Source of the DNA: an uncultured Candidatus Saccharibacteria bacterium
GTDB lineage: Bacteria > Patescibacteriota > Minisyncoccia > Phycocordibacterales > JACNGX01
NCBI GenBank assembly: GCA_964621395.1
Contig: CAZULS010000001.1
Span: forward strand, 135,920-199,919
Length of the DNA stretch: 64,000 nucleotides
Reading direction: 5' to 3'
A program made the translations under genes and the position numbers. The notes beneath the pieces are model-generated. The model did not search any database. It was not told the DNA's origin and was given only the letters and a program-made list of their open reading frames with translations. Positions 39,370-50,074 of this stretch are shown one piece after another; positions within the stretch are counted from its first letter, which is position 1; every line of letters starts with the position of its first letter.

Positions 39370-39849
39370 ATGAAGAATGAACAAAAAGATCTCAGAGGTC
39401 AATTTCAAGAGCTTTGTGAGAGCGCGTGTCGCGGAAGAGTATATCCACCTCATTTAGCGGGGTGGTATGCGTTGCGATGGGCCGCACAGTACCGTCTCGG
39501 ATATGGATATCGTGATGAAGCACGCGAAATCCTTTCTCTGCTTATTCGTATATTTAAAAAGGGTCGGGAAAAGATTGATCCTGAATTCCGAGATTCGTTC
39601 ACGAAGGAATCGCCTTTTGAAGTAATAACAGCAGAGATAAATTGCATGGAAAGAATTGAAGGGGCAATTAAATCAGGGTGCTGTGATGCTTGGATACTTT
39701 CTATTTTTCACGAATGGTATCTTGCACGGATAAGACCGTATCTTTCCTTTGAATTTAAGGAAGAACTCACTGCTCCAATCGTGAAACAGTGGAGATTGGG
39801 ACAGGAAGGAAACGCCCTTTTGCCATTTTTGGCATATGCATCGTCGTAA
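39370..39849 (+). CDS. Hypothetical protein (ORFan cassette)
   Basis: TTGACA-17-TAGATT promoter at 39302-39330. Confidence 0.65.
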   Translation: MKNEQKDLRGQFQELCESACRGRVYPPHLAGWYALRWAAQYRLGYGYRDEAREILSLLIRIFKKGREKIDPEFRDSFTKESPFEVITAEINCMERIEGAIKSGCCDAWILSIFHEWYLARIRPYLSFEFKEELTAPIVKQWRLGQEGNALLPFLAYASS

Positions 39850-39951
39850 GGCGGTGCTTTTTATACTTATTTCATATTTCGTTTTTTCTTTGGCCGAGCA
39901 TGATGTATCATGCTGTAGGCATAATTCGTATCATGCGGTATGATAAAAGCC

Positions 39952-40392
39952 ATGACTACAGAAAAAACGGATGCCGATATTGTGATGTCGACGGATGGTG
40001 GCGCGCGGGGGAATCCGGGAATTGCCGGTGCCGGTGTGCATATCGTTGATGGCGCAGGGAATGAGGTGACGAGTGTGTCGGCATATCTTGGTGAGCGGAC
40101 CAATAATTGGGCGGAATACCAAGCAATCATTCTCGGCTTGGAGAAACTTCATGCGCTGTATGGTGAGGCACTTACCAACATGAAGGTTGTGGTGCGCATG
40201 GATAGCGAACTCATTGTGCGACAATTAAACGGTGTTTATAAAGTGAAGAATGCGGATCTCAAAGAACAGTATGCAAAGGCGCGTGAACTCTTGAGCGGAC
40301 TGAAGCATATCGATATTGTGCATGTGCGTCGCGAATATAATAAAGAAGCAGATGCTTTGGCGAATGAGGCGATGGACAAAGGGAGTGTGTAA
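39952..40392 (+). CDS. rnhA: Ribonuclease HI
   Basis: TDGGARGNPG, TNNWAEY, DSELIV.Q..G.YKVK, N..ADALAN. Confidence 0.92.
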   Translation: MTTEKTDADIVMSTDGGARGNPGIAGAGVHIVDGAGNEVTSVSAYLGERTNNWAEYQAIILGLEKLHALYGEALTNMKVVVRMDSELIVRQLNGVYKVKNADLKEQYAKARELLSGLKHIDIVHVRREYNKEADALANEAMDKGSV

Positions 40393-40562
40393 CACTCCCT
40401 TTGTCATTCCGTACTTGATGCGGAATCTCCGTTATATTGTTTCTTGGGATTGTTTGCGAAGATCCCGCATTGCATCCGATCGTTTGCGATATAGGATCAA
40501 GTGCGGGATGACAGGATATTACTTTTCTCTCAACTCTCCTCTCTCTACTCTTAACTCGTGTT

Positions 40563-42059
40563 ATGCACCCATCCCATATCTTAAACGCAATCATGATTGG
40601 TCTTATTGCCGGTGTGGGATTGCGTTCGTTTTTTGTATGGGGGAATGAGGTCGCGATATTTCTCGCTGTGCTTTCTTTGGCTGTGGCGGCTGTAGCCTAT
40701 CTCTATGGGGAGAAAGAGCGGCTGGTTGGAGCCACACTTGCCATTGTGTTGGCAAGCGCCGCCCTCGGTATATGGCGATACAATGTGCTCGATACGTGCG
40801 AGGCGCGTTTTGCCGAATCCGAAAAAGAAATATCCGCGCGAGTGTATGTGGCGGATGAGCCGGATATACGCGAATCTTCCACTCGTCTCACGCTTGAGAT
40901 TTTGGGCGGCACATCAGCGTGTCCGAAGCGCGAGCGAATCTTGGCGTATGTTGATCACTATCCTTCGTACACATACGGTGATGAACTTTTGATTTCGGGA
41001 CGGATCACTTTTCCCGAACGTTTTGAAGCTGATGATACCGGTCGTATTTTCGACTACCCCGCATTTTTAAAAAAGAGTGGCATTGCATATCAGATGTTTC
41101 GGCCCGAGATTGAAAAGGTGGGCGAAAGGAAGGGGAATGTGATCGTCGGTACGCTTTTTTCAATCAAGCACACGCTTCTTAAAAGTATGGGTCGGATATT
41201 GCCCGAGCCCGAAGCGTCGTTTGCCGGAGGCCTCATCGTGGGCGCGAAAGAATCACTTGGCGAAGAGCTTCTGGAGAAATTTCGAATGACGGGTGTGATG
41301 CATATTGTTGTCCTCTCCGGATACAATATCACCATTGTTGCCGAAGCGATTCTCGCGCTCTTCTCCTCACTCTCGCCGGCACTTGCATCACTCTTTGGCG
41401 CGCTCGGCATTATTCTTTTTGCACTTCTTACCGGCGCGGGAGCAACGGTCGTACGCGCATCGCTTATGGCGCTGTTGGTCATTCTCGCACGGCGTGTTGG
41501 CAGAGGATACGACATCACCCGAGCGCTGTATGTGGCGGCGTTTTTCATGATTCTGCACAATCCTTTCATTTTGGCATTTGATCCTTCCTTCCAGCTTTCA
41601 TTCCTTGCCACATTCGGACTCATTGTGGTGGCGCCTTTGGTGGAACCCTACCTTTTCCGTATACCCACATTCTTGGGGCTACGTGAAATTGCCGCGGCAA
41701 CAATTGCTACGCAGATCTTTGTCCTCCCGCTTATTCTGTATCTCATGGGTGACTTGTCACTTGTGGCGGTGCCGGCAAATCTTCTCGTCCTCATCGCTGT
41801 GCCCGGGGCAATGTTCTTTGGCTTCTTGGCTGCTCTTGGCGGACTTATCCACCCGCTCCTCGGCACTCTCATGGCAGTGCCGGCATTTGGCCTCCTTGCC
41901 TACATGCTCGGTGTGGTAAACATCTTTGGCGACCTTCCATTTGCATCTCTTCACATCCCGGCATTCCCATTTTGGATTGTGATTTGTGTGTATGCCGTGT
42001 ATGGAATGGTCATTACGAAACTCCGCACGTATCGAGAGGCAACGATTGACCGTGAGTAG
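40563..42059 (+). CDS. comEC: ComEC/Rec2 competence protein (membrane/Competence domain)
   Basis: HIVVLSGYN, VVRASLM, SFQLSFLAT. Confidence 0.92.
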   Translation: MHPSHILNAIMIGLIAGVGLRSFFVWGNEVAIFLAVLSLAVAAVAYLYGEKERLVGATLAIVLASAALGIWRYNVLDTCEARFAESEKEISARVYVADEPDIRESSTRLTLEILGGTSACPKRERILAYVDHYPSYTYGDELLISGRITFPERFEADDTGRIFDYPAFLKKSGIAYQMFRPEIEKVGERKGNVIVGTLFSIKHTLLKSMGRILPEPEASFAGGLIVGAKESLGEELLEKFRMTGVMHIVVLSGYNITIVAEAILALFSSLSPALASLFGALGIILFALLTGAGATVVRASLMALLVILARRVGRGYDITRALYVAAFFMILHNPFILAFDPSFQLSFLATFGLIVVAPLVEPYLFRIPTFLGLREIAAATIATQIFVLPLILYLMGDLSLVAVPANLLVLIAVPGAMFFGFLAALGGLIHPLLGTLMAVPAFGLLAYMLGVVNIFGDLPFASLHIPAFPFWIVICVYAVYGMVITKLRTYREATIDRE

Positions 42060-42112
42060 GGAATGGTGTAAGTTTGAGGAAGAAGTGCTCCAATAATATA
42101 AATTGAAGTCTC

Positions 42113-42481
42113 ATGGATAAAAAACTTTATATGTACCTGCCTCTTTTAGGAGAGAAAAGTGTACAAGCGATGGTTAGAATGTCGGACTATGTCTTTCATA
42201 GTACATGGCATCAAGGGAACATATACATTTATTCTCCAGAGGATGGACAAACACACTTCTTTTGTCCTGCGCCACGGTTGTATCCCTCAAAAGATGAAAT
42301 TGGGTGTAGTGGCACCGAACAGCTGCCCCTTTGGCGCGTATATGTTGGCGGAGGAGAAGGTTGTGTGGGAAGTATCTGCACAACGTGTGGTGCGGTTATT
42401 CTGACCCCGGGCGCAAAGAAAGCGAAAGTGTATGTACCAAAAGAAAAGAAAATGTTTCGCCTTCCCGATTTGAGGGATTGA
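42113..42481 (+). CDS. Hypothetical Cys-containing protein (ORFan cassette)
   Basis: CTTCG motif; promoter at 42046-42074; terminator near 42499-42525. Confidence 0.6.
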   Translation: MDKKLYMYLPLLGEKSVQAMVRMSDYVFHSTWHQGNIYIYSPEDGQTHFFCPAPRLYPSKDEIGCSGTEQLPLWRVYVGGGEGCVGSICTTCGAVILTPGAKKAKVYVPKEKKMFRLPDLRD

Positions 42482-42542
42482 GAAACATGTGGCAAAGAAA
42501 GAGCGGACCCCGAGCCCGCTTTTTTAGTGTACAATTATACGC

Positions 42543-43415
42543 ATGAAAGCTCTTGTATGGATACGCAAACACGGCGAGATTGTGCTTATCGGTCTTTTGC
42601 TTGTGTTGGTACTTTCTCTCATGTGGATGATTATTGCTCGGGAGGGCGATGTGCTGCGCGTGTCATTCTTGGATGTAGGGCAGGGCGATGCAATTTTTAT
42701 TGAATACGAAGATACGCAAATACTCATTGATGGCGGACGCGGTGGAAAGGTGCTCTCTGCGCTTGGGGATGTGATGCCTTTCTGGGACCGCTCAATCGAT
42801 ATGCTCATTGCCACTCACTCCGATGCCGATCACATTGGCGGATTGCCGGAAGTGCTTGAGCGATTTGCCGTGGGTGCCGTGATTGAATCCGGAAGCGTGT
42901 CGGATACCGGTGTGTACGATGCATTTGTTGGAAGTGTGGAGAAAGAAGGATGCGCACATGACGTGTTTCGCTCCGGGCATATACTCACTCTTTCGGATGA
43001 GACATATCTCGAATTCTTATTTCCTGATAGAGCAAGGAGCGAGGTCGCGAAATGGGAAGCCAATACCGCGTCACTCGTGGTGCGCTTGGTTCACGGAGAA
43101 ACATCGTTTCTTCTCACGGGGGATGTGCCGTCGTCCGTGGAAATGTATCTCACCGGTATCTATGGCAATGGACTCAAGAGTGATATTTTAAAAGCCGGGC
43201 ATCATGGCTCGGACACCTCATCTGCCGCGGCATTTCTTGCGGCGGCAGACCCGGAAGCAGTGGTGATTTCTGCCGGATGTGATAATTCGTATGGTCATCC
43301 CGATAAGGAGGTGATGAATCGGATCGAGGCGCTAGGAGCTGAGCCACTGGAAACGTGCGAAGAGGGGACGATTATATTTGAGAGCGATGGAGAACATATT
43401 AAGAGGGTAAGGTGA
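42543..43415 (+). CDS. ComEC-associated metallo-beta-lactamase-fold protein
   Basis: FLDVGQGDA, THSDADHIGG, LTGD, GHHGS, YGHP. Confidence 0.92.
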   Translation: MKALVWIRKHGEIVLIGLLLVLVLSLMWMIIAREGDVLRVSFLDVGQGDAIFIEYEDTQILIDGGRGGKVLSALGDVMPFWDRSIDMLIATHSDADHIGGLPEVLERFAVGAVIESGSVSDTGVYDAFVGSVEKEGCAHDVFRSGHILTLSDETYLEFLFPDRARSEVAKWEANTASLVVRLVHGETSFLLTGDVPSSVEMYLTGIYGNGLKSDILKAGHHGSDTSSAAAFLAAADPEAVVISAGCDNSYGHPDKEVMNRIEALGAEPLETCEEGTIIFESDGEHIKRVR

Positions 43416-43461
43416 TATGCTCATCTCACGGCATATTTTATTCCCCAAACTCTTTTTTGTA

Positions 43462-43564
43462 GTCGAGCACCACTTTCACTTATTACTTACATTGGTCGAT
43501 ATGAAAAAATAGGTGGACATCATCTAAATTATCAAAGAAGGTATTAGTGGAAGTGGTGCTTGGC
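43462..43564. repeat. ~103-bp inverted-repeat bracket element
   Basis: GTCGAGCACCACTTTCACT..AGTGGAAGTGGTGCTTGGC, 103 bp. Confidence 0.7.
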
Positions 43565-43797
43565 GATGGGAAAGATGTGCGAAGAGTGCGATAGTCGCGC
43601 CACTGTCATTCCGTGCTTGACACGGAATCTAAAAACCAAGGTTGAGCTTTGGTATGTATACCAAAGCTCAACCTTGGTTTTCGAATAACACTCAGAAACA
43701 ATATAGCGGAGATCCCGCATCAAGTGCGGGATGACAAATAACAAAAAACCGCGGCGCCTACTGCGCCGCGGTTTTTATGTTCTCTATAATGCGGAGT

Positions 43798-44001
43798 TTA
43801 GACTTTTGCCTCCAAATGCTTATTTGCTTTGAGACAACGAGTACAGATCTTTACGCGAGATCCGTCTGCCTTTCTCGCCCACTGCAAATTCGGCTGACGG
43901 CGCTTTTTGCCTGTCGGATTAAATTTGGTTGCACGCGTCTTGTTGGAATATCCCTGAGCGACGAGCGATCCCTTTCCACATATTTCACATGTTGTAGCCA
44001 T
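43798..44001 (-). CDS. rpmB: 50S ribosomal protein L28
   Basis: CEICGK..PNLQ..ICTRCLK. Confidence 0.9.
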   Translation of the reverse strand: MATTCEICGKGSLVAQGYSNKTRATKFNPTGKKRRQPNLQWARKADGSRVKICTRCLKANKHLEAKV

Positions 44002-44141
44002 AGTGCCCAGAATAGTAGCAAAAGAGGGTTATGTTGTCAATTATGCTTGGATGAATTGACATCTCTATGTATTTGTGTATATTTAAATACATAGAAATGT
44101 GTTCTTTTACCCCTTAATTTTGAAAGAAATAATTTAAAATC

Positions 44142-44570
44142 ATGCAAGAAAGAACATCAAACGTACCTGAAGTAGATCTAACAGCGATTATGACAGCCCT
44201 CAGAAGATACGGATGGGAGCGAGTCGACTATCTCTATAACTCCGACTATTCGGAATGCGAAATCTCTGGTTTCTTGTGGACAACGAGAGAGAAAAAGAAA
44301 AAAAGGTTGTATGGTATAACGATAAACGTTGTGGATGAAGGAGACACGTTAACCTTGTCGCTCATTACGACAGACAGAAAGGGAGATACTGTGCGGACAG
44401 GGAAGAAATGCACTTCCTGGGGGACTTTTTTAAAGATGATCAAGGTTCCCAGTGCCTGTTTCAAAGACGTGCTTCTAAATGTTCCTGGAGTTGACAACAA
44501 GGGAAGGAATTACAGAAACGTAACAAAAAATTCGAAGGCATGGAAGGAGGGGTATCGTATTTCATGTTGA
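44142..44570 (+). CDS. Hypothetical protein (ORFan cassette)
   Basis: TTGACA promoter at 44056; TGTTCTTTTA at 44100. Confidence 0.65.
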   Translation: MQERTSNVPEVDLTAIMTALRRYGWERVDYLYNSDYSECEISGFLWTTREKKKKRLYGITINVVDEGDTLTLSLITTDRKGDTVRTGKKCTSWGTFLKMIKVPSACFKDVLLNVPGVDNKGRNYRNVTKNSKAWKEGYRISC

Positions 44571-44657
44571 ATGACAGGGTGTCTTTATTGCACGGCAGAG
44601 ATGTCGTGCTTTTTCTTTTTCTCCATTCCTTCTCAACCCATGGTATACTATCTCTAA

Positions 44658-45278
44658 ATGATATCAGGAATTGAAATTATATTTGGTATTGCTGTTTTGA
44701 TTATGTCGGTGATTGCTCATGAGGTGTCGCACGGATATGCCGCCGCGCTTTTGGGAGATCCGACGGCACGTTTGGCAGGGCGATTGTCGCTCAATCCGGT
44801 GAAGCACATTGATCCGGTGGGTTCTATTGTCGTGCCCCTCCTTTCTTACATGCTCGGTGGATTTATTTTCGGATGGGCAAAGCCGGTGCCGTATAATCCG
44901 TATAATCTGAAAAATCAGCGTTTTGGTCCGGCGATTGTTGCTGCGGCAGGGCCGGCTATGAATATTGCCATTGCCATTATCTTTGGTATGTTGGTGCGTT
45001 TTGCCGCTCCGCTCGGTATCGCCAATGAGGCATTTTATTCACTGGCAATTATGATTGTCTTTATTAATGTGCTTTTGGCGCTTTTCAATCTTATCCCTAT
45101 CCCGCCGCTTGATGGCTCCAAAATACTCTCCGCATTTCTCCCCGGCAGATATCTCTCTTTCATGGCATCGCTTGAGCAATACTCCTTCTTTGCTGTTATT
45201 ATCTTCATCCTTCTCTTCTGGCAATCTATTGTGCCGGTGGTATACGGCATTACGTGGTTTTTGGTGGGAGGCGCTTAG
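44658..45278 (+). CDS. Site-2 protease (M50)
   Basis: HEVSH, AAGP, FNLIPIPPLDG. Confidence 0.93.
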   Translation: MISGIEIIFGIAVLIMSVIAHEVSHGYAAALLGDPTARLAGRLSLNPVKHIDPVGSIVVPLLSYMLGGFIFGWAKPVPYNPYNLKNQRFGPAIVAAAGPAMNIAIAIIFGMLVRFAAPLGIANEAFYSLAIMIVFINVLLALFNLIPIPPLDGSKILSAFLPGRYLSFMASLEQYSFFAVIIFILLFWQSIVPVVYGITWFLVGGA

Positions 45279-45503
45279 GGGTACGAAGTACGAATGAGTA
45301 CGAACATACGAAGACAGCTCGCAGTGAGCTACTTGTTGTCATCCAAAAAACACACGAAGATTCCGCATCAAGTGCGGAATGACAGCAAAAAAGAGTTATA
45401 TGCTGAAAGTCAGACTCGTATGTTCGTATATGTTTGTAGTTCGTACCCGGCGTAGGCGCGCTTGCGTTTTTTTCCCGCATAGTGTATAGTGCTGTGCACA
45501 TAT

Positions 45504-45911
45504 ATGCCGACAATCAATCAACTCGTGAAGAAGGGTCGCAAGAAAGTGGAGCGGAAGAATAAAACCGTGGCGCTTTCGCGTGGATTCAACTCCATTGAAA
45601 ACAAGCCGACCTCATTTCCGTCACCGTTTAAGCGCGGTGTGTGTACCAAGGTAACAACCGCAACGCCGAAGAAGCCAAACTCCGCTCTTCGAAAGATTGC
45701 CCGTGTACGTCTTACCAATGGTAATGAGGTGACCGCCTACATCCCCGGCGAAGGACACAATCTTCAAGAACACTCCGTGGTGCTCCTTCGTGGTGGTCGT
45801 GTGAAGGACCTTACCGGTGTGCGGTATACGGTTGTTCGTGGTGTGCTTGATGCCGGTGGTGTTGATAAGCGTAAGAAGACCCGCAGCCGCTACGGTGTGA
45901 AGAAGTCGTAA
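45504..45911 (+). CDS. rpsL: 30S ribosomal protein S12
   Basis: [28 protein letters not shown]. Confidence 0.98.
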   Translation: MPTINQLVKKGRKKVERKNKTVALSRGFNSIENKPTSFPSPFKRGVCTKVTTATPKKPNSALRKIARVRLTNGNEVTAYIPGEGHNLQEHSVVLLRGGRVKDLTGVRYTVVRGVLDAGGVDKRKKTRSRYGVKKS

Positions 45912-45935
45912 TCATTTTTGTTTTCATTTACTTGT

Positions 45936-46406
45936 ATGCGTCATCCGATCAAAAAACGTCCAGAACCGCAGCCTGATTACCGCTACAATTCGGTAAAGGT
46001 AACGAAGTTCATCAATATGCTTATGCGGGGCGGAAAGAAGAGCGTGGCTGAGCGCGTGGTATACGATGCCTTTGATTCCATCAAAAAGCGCGATGAGAAT
46101 GCAAATCCGCTTGAAGTCTTTGAAGCAGCGATTAAGAATGTCGGCCCTTCCATGGAAGTGCGCTCACGTCGTGTGGGTGGTGCCAATTATCAGGTGCCGC
46201 GTCCGGTACAGCCGAATCGTCGCTTGGCTCTGACATTCCGTTGGATTCTCGAAATTGCCCGTAAGAAAAGTGGTAAAGCGATGTCTGAGCGTTTGGCAGA
46301 CGAACTCCTTGCGGCAGCGAAAGGCGAAGGCGATGCAATCGCAAAACGCGACAACATGCACAAGATGGCAGAAGCTAATAAGGCATTTGCTCACTTTGCA
46401 AACTAA
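45936..46406 (+). CDS. rpsG: 30S ribosomal protein S7
   Basis: [22 protein letters not shown]. Confidence 0.97.
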   Translation: MRHPIKKRPEPQPDYRYNSVKVTKFINMLMRGGKKSVAERVVYDAFDSIKKRDENANPLEVFEAAIKNVGPSMEVRSRRVGGANYQVPRPVQPNRRLALTFRWILEIARKKSGKAMSERLADELLAAAKGEGDAIAKRDNMHKMAEANKAFAHFAN

Positions 46407-46647
46407 CGATAAACGATAAACTCATAAACGATAAAAAAGCGCGGGCTAACGCCCGCGCTTTTTTGTATGCCAAAAGCCTTCATTTCGTGTCATTCCCAAA
46501 AATATTAAGGTTAAACCTTAATATTGTGATGTCATTCCGAGCTTGACCCGAAATCTAGTTTATAGCTAGGACGGACCTAGCTACGGCCAGCGCTTTTCGC
46601 ACCTTGCATACTACACAAAAAAAGCGGGTCGCTATGGACCCTGCTTA

Positions 46648-47070
46648 TTACGATGGGACAAGTATGCCATTACGTTCAATCTCATCCATTTCCTCCATGA
46701 CTTTTTCAAGCTGAATTTCTTTGTCCTGTCCGAATTCTTTGGTGCTTATACCTTTCCATAGCCATTCCGTTGCGTTTTGGATTTTTTGAAGTCCTTCGAT
46801 TCTTATTTCACGAGATTGTTCAACTCGTTTAAGCTCTATGCGAGTGACCCTTGTAAAGGAGTGGTATGAATTATGCAAAGAATCGTGATTGGCATCTTTG
46901 AAATCAATCATGATATACAGATAGTAGTCAAAACGCCCTTCTGCGAAGACAGGATCGACTTTTTCTGCCCTAATCTCGATTTCATTTTCGGCTGGGTGGA
47001 AGATTTCTTTTTTCGAAACCAAGCACCACTCGTGCTTTTTCAGCAATCTGTAGAGTTCACGAGTATTCAT
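46648..47070 (-). CDS. Hypothetical protein (ORFan cassette) between rpsG and fusA
   Basis: AT-rich ORF with its own promoter (~47126-47154) and terminator (~46617-46647). Confidence 0.65.
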   Translation of the reverse strand: MNTRELYRLLKKHEWCLVSKKEIFHPAENEIEIRAEKVDPVFAEGRFDYYLYIMIDFKDANHDSLHNSYHSFTRVTRIELKRVEQSREIRIEGLQKIQNATEWLWKGISTKEFGQDKEIQLEKVMEEMDEIERNGILVPS

Positions 47071-47367
47071 GAGTTTTTGATTGTTTTGTTTTTGAGAATA
47101 TAACTTTTAGAGCGTTTACTGGTATTACTATACATTCGTCAGAAATTTTAGCAAGCCCCGCATGTACCTTTAGGTACATGCGGGGCAGTGGAATTGTCGC
47201 TTTTTGCTTGCAAAAAGCCCATCACTCCAGTATAGTATGCCCACTAGCCAGCACGGCTTTTTGTTTTTGAGAGTTGTCGTTAGGGTGTACTCCTTAAGAT
47301 TCCCGATCAAGTCGGGAATGACAACATATCTTTTATCGTTATTATTTAATCGTTTATCATTCATTAT

Positions 47368-49518
47368 ATGCAGCGAGATTATCCATTGGAGAAAGTGCGC
47401 AATTTCGGTATTATCGCCCACATCGACGCGGGGAAGACCACCGTTTCAGAGCGTATTCTCTTTTATACCGGCGTCTCACACAAAATCGGTGAGGTGCACG
47501 AAGGTGAGGCGGTCATGGACTGGATGGAACAGGAACGCGAGCGCGGTATCACCATTACGTCCGCGGCGACAACCTGTTTCTGGGTGCCGACACACGACGA
47601 TGCCTCTGATGCTTCCAAGAAATATCGATTCAATATTATCGACACTCCGGGGCACGTCGACTTTACCGTGGAGGTGGAGCGATCCCTTAAGGTGCTCGAC
47701 GGTGGTGTTGTCGTCTTCGACGGCGTTGCCGGCGTAGAGCCTCAGTCTGAGACCGTGTGGCGCCAGGCAGATAAATACAAAGTGCCGCGCATGTGTTTCA
47801 TCAACAAGCTCGATCGTACCGGCGCTTCTTTTGAGCGTTCATACAAGTCGATTTTGGATCGTCTGACCAAAAAGGCGGTTCGTTTCCAGATTCCGATGGG
47901 TGAAGAGGAGTACCACCAAGGCGTGGTAGACCTTCTCAAGATGAAAGCATACTTCTTCGAGGGTGAGATGGGTAATACCGTGCGCGAAGATGAGATTCCG
48001 GCAGAATATAAAGACGACGCCGAAACATATCACAATGAGCTCATCGAAGCGGTGGTACAGCACGATGAAGAAGCAATGAATCGTTTCCTCGAAGGGGAGA
48101 CAATTTCCGTGGAAGAGCTTCAAAAAATCGCGCGTAAGGCGGTGATTGCAAACGAACTCGTACCGGTCTTCACAGGTACGGCACTCAAAAACAAAGGCGT
48201 GCAGCTTCTCCTAAACGCGGTGGTAGATTATCTGCCGTCTCCGCTTGATGTTCCGGCAATTTCCGGAGAAAATCCCAAGACGGGTGGAAAGGAAGAGCGT
48301 CATTCTTCCGACGACGAGCCGTTTGCAGCGCTTGCCTTCAAGCTCGCTGTGGATCCGTTTGTTGGTCAGCTCACATTCTTCCGCGTGTATTCCGGAACAC
48401 TCGAAGCCGGATCATATGTGTACAATGCCCGCACGGGAAATAAAGAGCGCGTGGGCCGTATTTTGCGCATGCACTCCAATGATCGCGAAGAGGTGAAGAA
48501 GGTGTATGCCGGTGAAATCGCGGCGGCTGTTGGTTTGAAAGACGTGCGCACGGGAGACACCTTGTGTGATGAAGGGCATCCGGTGCTTCTGGAAGGAATT
48601 GAATTCCCTGAGCCGGTAGTGTCGCTCAAGATTGAGCCGAAGACCAAAGCCGATCAGGAGAAGATGGGCATTGCGCTTTCTCGTTTGGCGCAGGAAGACC
48701 CGACATTTAAGGTTTCCACCGATCAGGAAACGCTTGAGACAATCGTTTCAGGTATGGGTGAGCTTCACCTCGACATTATCGTGGATCGTATGAAGCGCGA
48801 ATTTAAGGTGGAGGCAAATGTGGGTCAGCCGCAGGTGGCATATCGCGAAACAATCACCGCACCGTCGGAATCTGAAGTGAAATACATCAAGCAGACGGGT
48901 GGTCGCGGTCAGTATGGTCATGTGAAGATTCGCATGAAGCCCATTGAGAAACTCTCCGAAGAAGAGATTGCGGATTTGCCCAAGACAGTGAAGCGTTCGG
49001 AAGGATTCGAATTCGTAAATTCAATCAAGGGAGGGGTTATTCCGCAGGAATATATTCCGGCTTGTGAGAAAGGATTTAAGGAAGCGATGGAGAAGGGTAT
49101 TGTTGCCGGCTTCCCCTTGGCGGATGTGTCGGTAGAGCTGTATGATGGTTCGTACCATGAAGTGGACTCCTCTGAAGTTGCCTTCAAGATCGCGTCCTCA
49201 CAGGCATTTCAGGAAGCTGCGCAGAAAGCAAAGCCGGTGGTCCTTGAGCCGATGATGAAGGTGGAAGTGGTGACTCCCGATCAATTCATGGGAGACATTA
49301 CCGGAAACCTCTCTTCCAAGCGCGGACAAGTGGAAGGCACCGAAGACCGCGGTATGAACAAGGTGGTGCGTGCCGCCGTGCCTCTTTCGGAGATGTTTGG
49401 GTACATGACCCAGCTTCGAAGCATGACCGAAGGTCGCGCAAGCTTCACGATGGAATTTGCGGAATACGCAATCGTACCGCAGAATATCGCGGATGAGATT
49501 GTGGCGAAAAGGAAGTAA
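47368..49518 (+). CDS. fusA: Elongation factor G
   Basis: [35 protein letters not shown]. Confidence 0.98.
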   Translation: MQRDYPLEKVRNFGIIAHIDAGKTTVSERILFYTGVSHKIGEVHEGEAVMDWMEQERERGITITSAATTCFWVPTHDDASDASKKYRFNIIDTPGHVDFTVEVERSLKVLDGGVVVFDGVAGVEPQSETVWRQADKYKVPRMCFINKLDRTGASFERSYKSILDRLTKKAVRFQIPMGEEEYHQGVVDLLKMKAYFFEGEMGNTVREDEIPAEYKDDAETYHNELIEAVVQHDEEAMNRFLEGETISVEELQKIARKAVIANELVPVFTGTALKNKGVQLLLNAVVDYLPSPLDVPAISGENPKTGGKEERHSSDDEPFAALAFKLAVDPFVGQLTFFRVYSGTLEAGSYVYNARTGNKERVGRILRMHSNDREEVKKVYAGEIAAAVGLKDVRTGDTLCDEGHPVLLEGIEFPEPVVSLKIEPKTKADQEKMGIALSRLAQEDPTFKVSTDQETLETIVSGMGELHLDIIVDRMKREFKVEANVGQPQVAYRETITAPSESEVKYIKQTGGRGQYGHVKIRMKPIEKLSEEEIADLPKTVKRSEGFEFVNSIKGGVIPQEYIPACEKGFKEAMEKGIVAGFPLADVSVELYDGSYHEVDSSEVAFKIASSQAFQEAAQKAKPVVLEPMMKVEVVTPDQFMGDITGNLSSKRGQVEGTEDRGMNKVVRAAVPLSEMFGYMTQLRSMTEGRASFTMEFAEYAIVPQNIADEIVAKRK

Positions 49519-49683
49519 AAAGAGGAGATTAGGAGATTAAAGATTAAAAAATTAAAAAAACTATAAACGGTAAACGATACACTAAAAGTCGCCCTGACGG
49601 GCGACTTTTAGTTTGCTTACATGTACTGCTTGTCATCCTGTTTAATTTTCCCTCTGCCATCTCGCACCACCACTGTCATCCCG

Positions 49684-49786
49684 TCCAACCCCACATTGGT
49701 GAGCACGGAAATGTATATATTCAACCCAGCAACAATGCCACTGGCGAGTGCCATGTACTTTTCAGAATCATACATGTGGGGCTGGA
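49684..49786. repeat. ~103-bp bracket element nested in a REP-like palindrome
   Basis: TCCAACCCCACAT..ATGTGGGGCTGGA, 103 bp. Confidence 0.65.
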
Positions 49787-49841
49787 ATGCGGGATCTCCC
49801 CGAATAACCTCTGGGAAAAATATGTCGAAGATTCCCAATCA

Positions 49842-49943
49842 CCAGAGCCCCACTTTCACCAACATAGTCTGTAATAAAACATTTTTCGTTTCTTCTTCTA
49901 TCGTTCACGGCTTCTTAATGTATTCAGTGAAAGTCGAGCTCGG
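49842..49943. repeat. ~103-bp bracket element nested in a REP-like palindrome
   Basis: Homologous to 34983-35084, 102 bp. Confidence 0.7.
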
Positions 49944-50074
49944 CAGGAGTTGGGAATGACAAAAAATAGGGTAAAGAAAAGGCGGCGCGGTCCTAAAGGA
50001 CCGCGCCGCTTTGCGTGGTGGGGTAATAAAAAAGCCCCGAAAATCTCGGGGCCTTTAGAGTAGCTTCGTGTAAC

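Noticed and set aside
47368-49518. Intein or palindrome insertion in EF-G
   Set aside because: The short insertions in domains I and IV show no intein motifs and no DNA palindrome.
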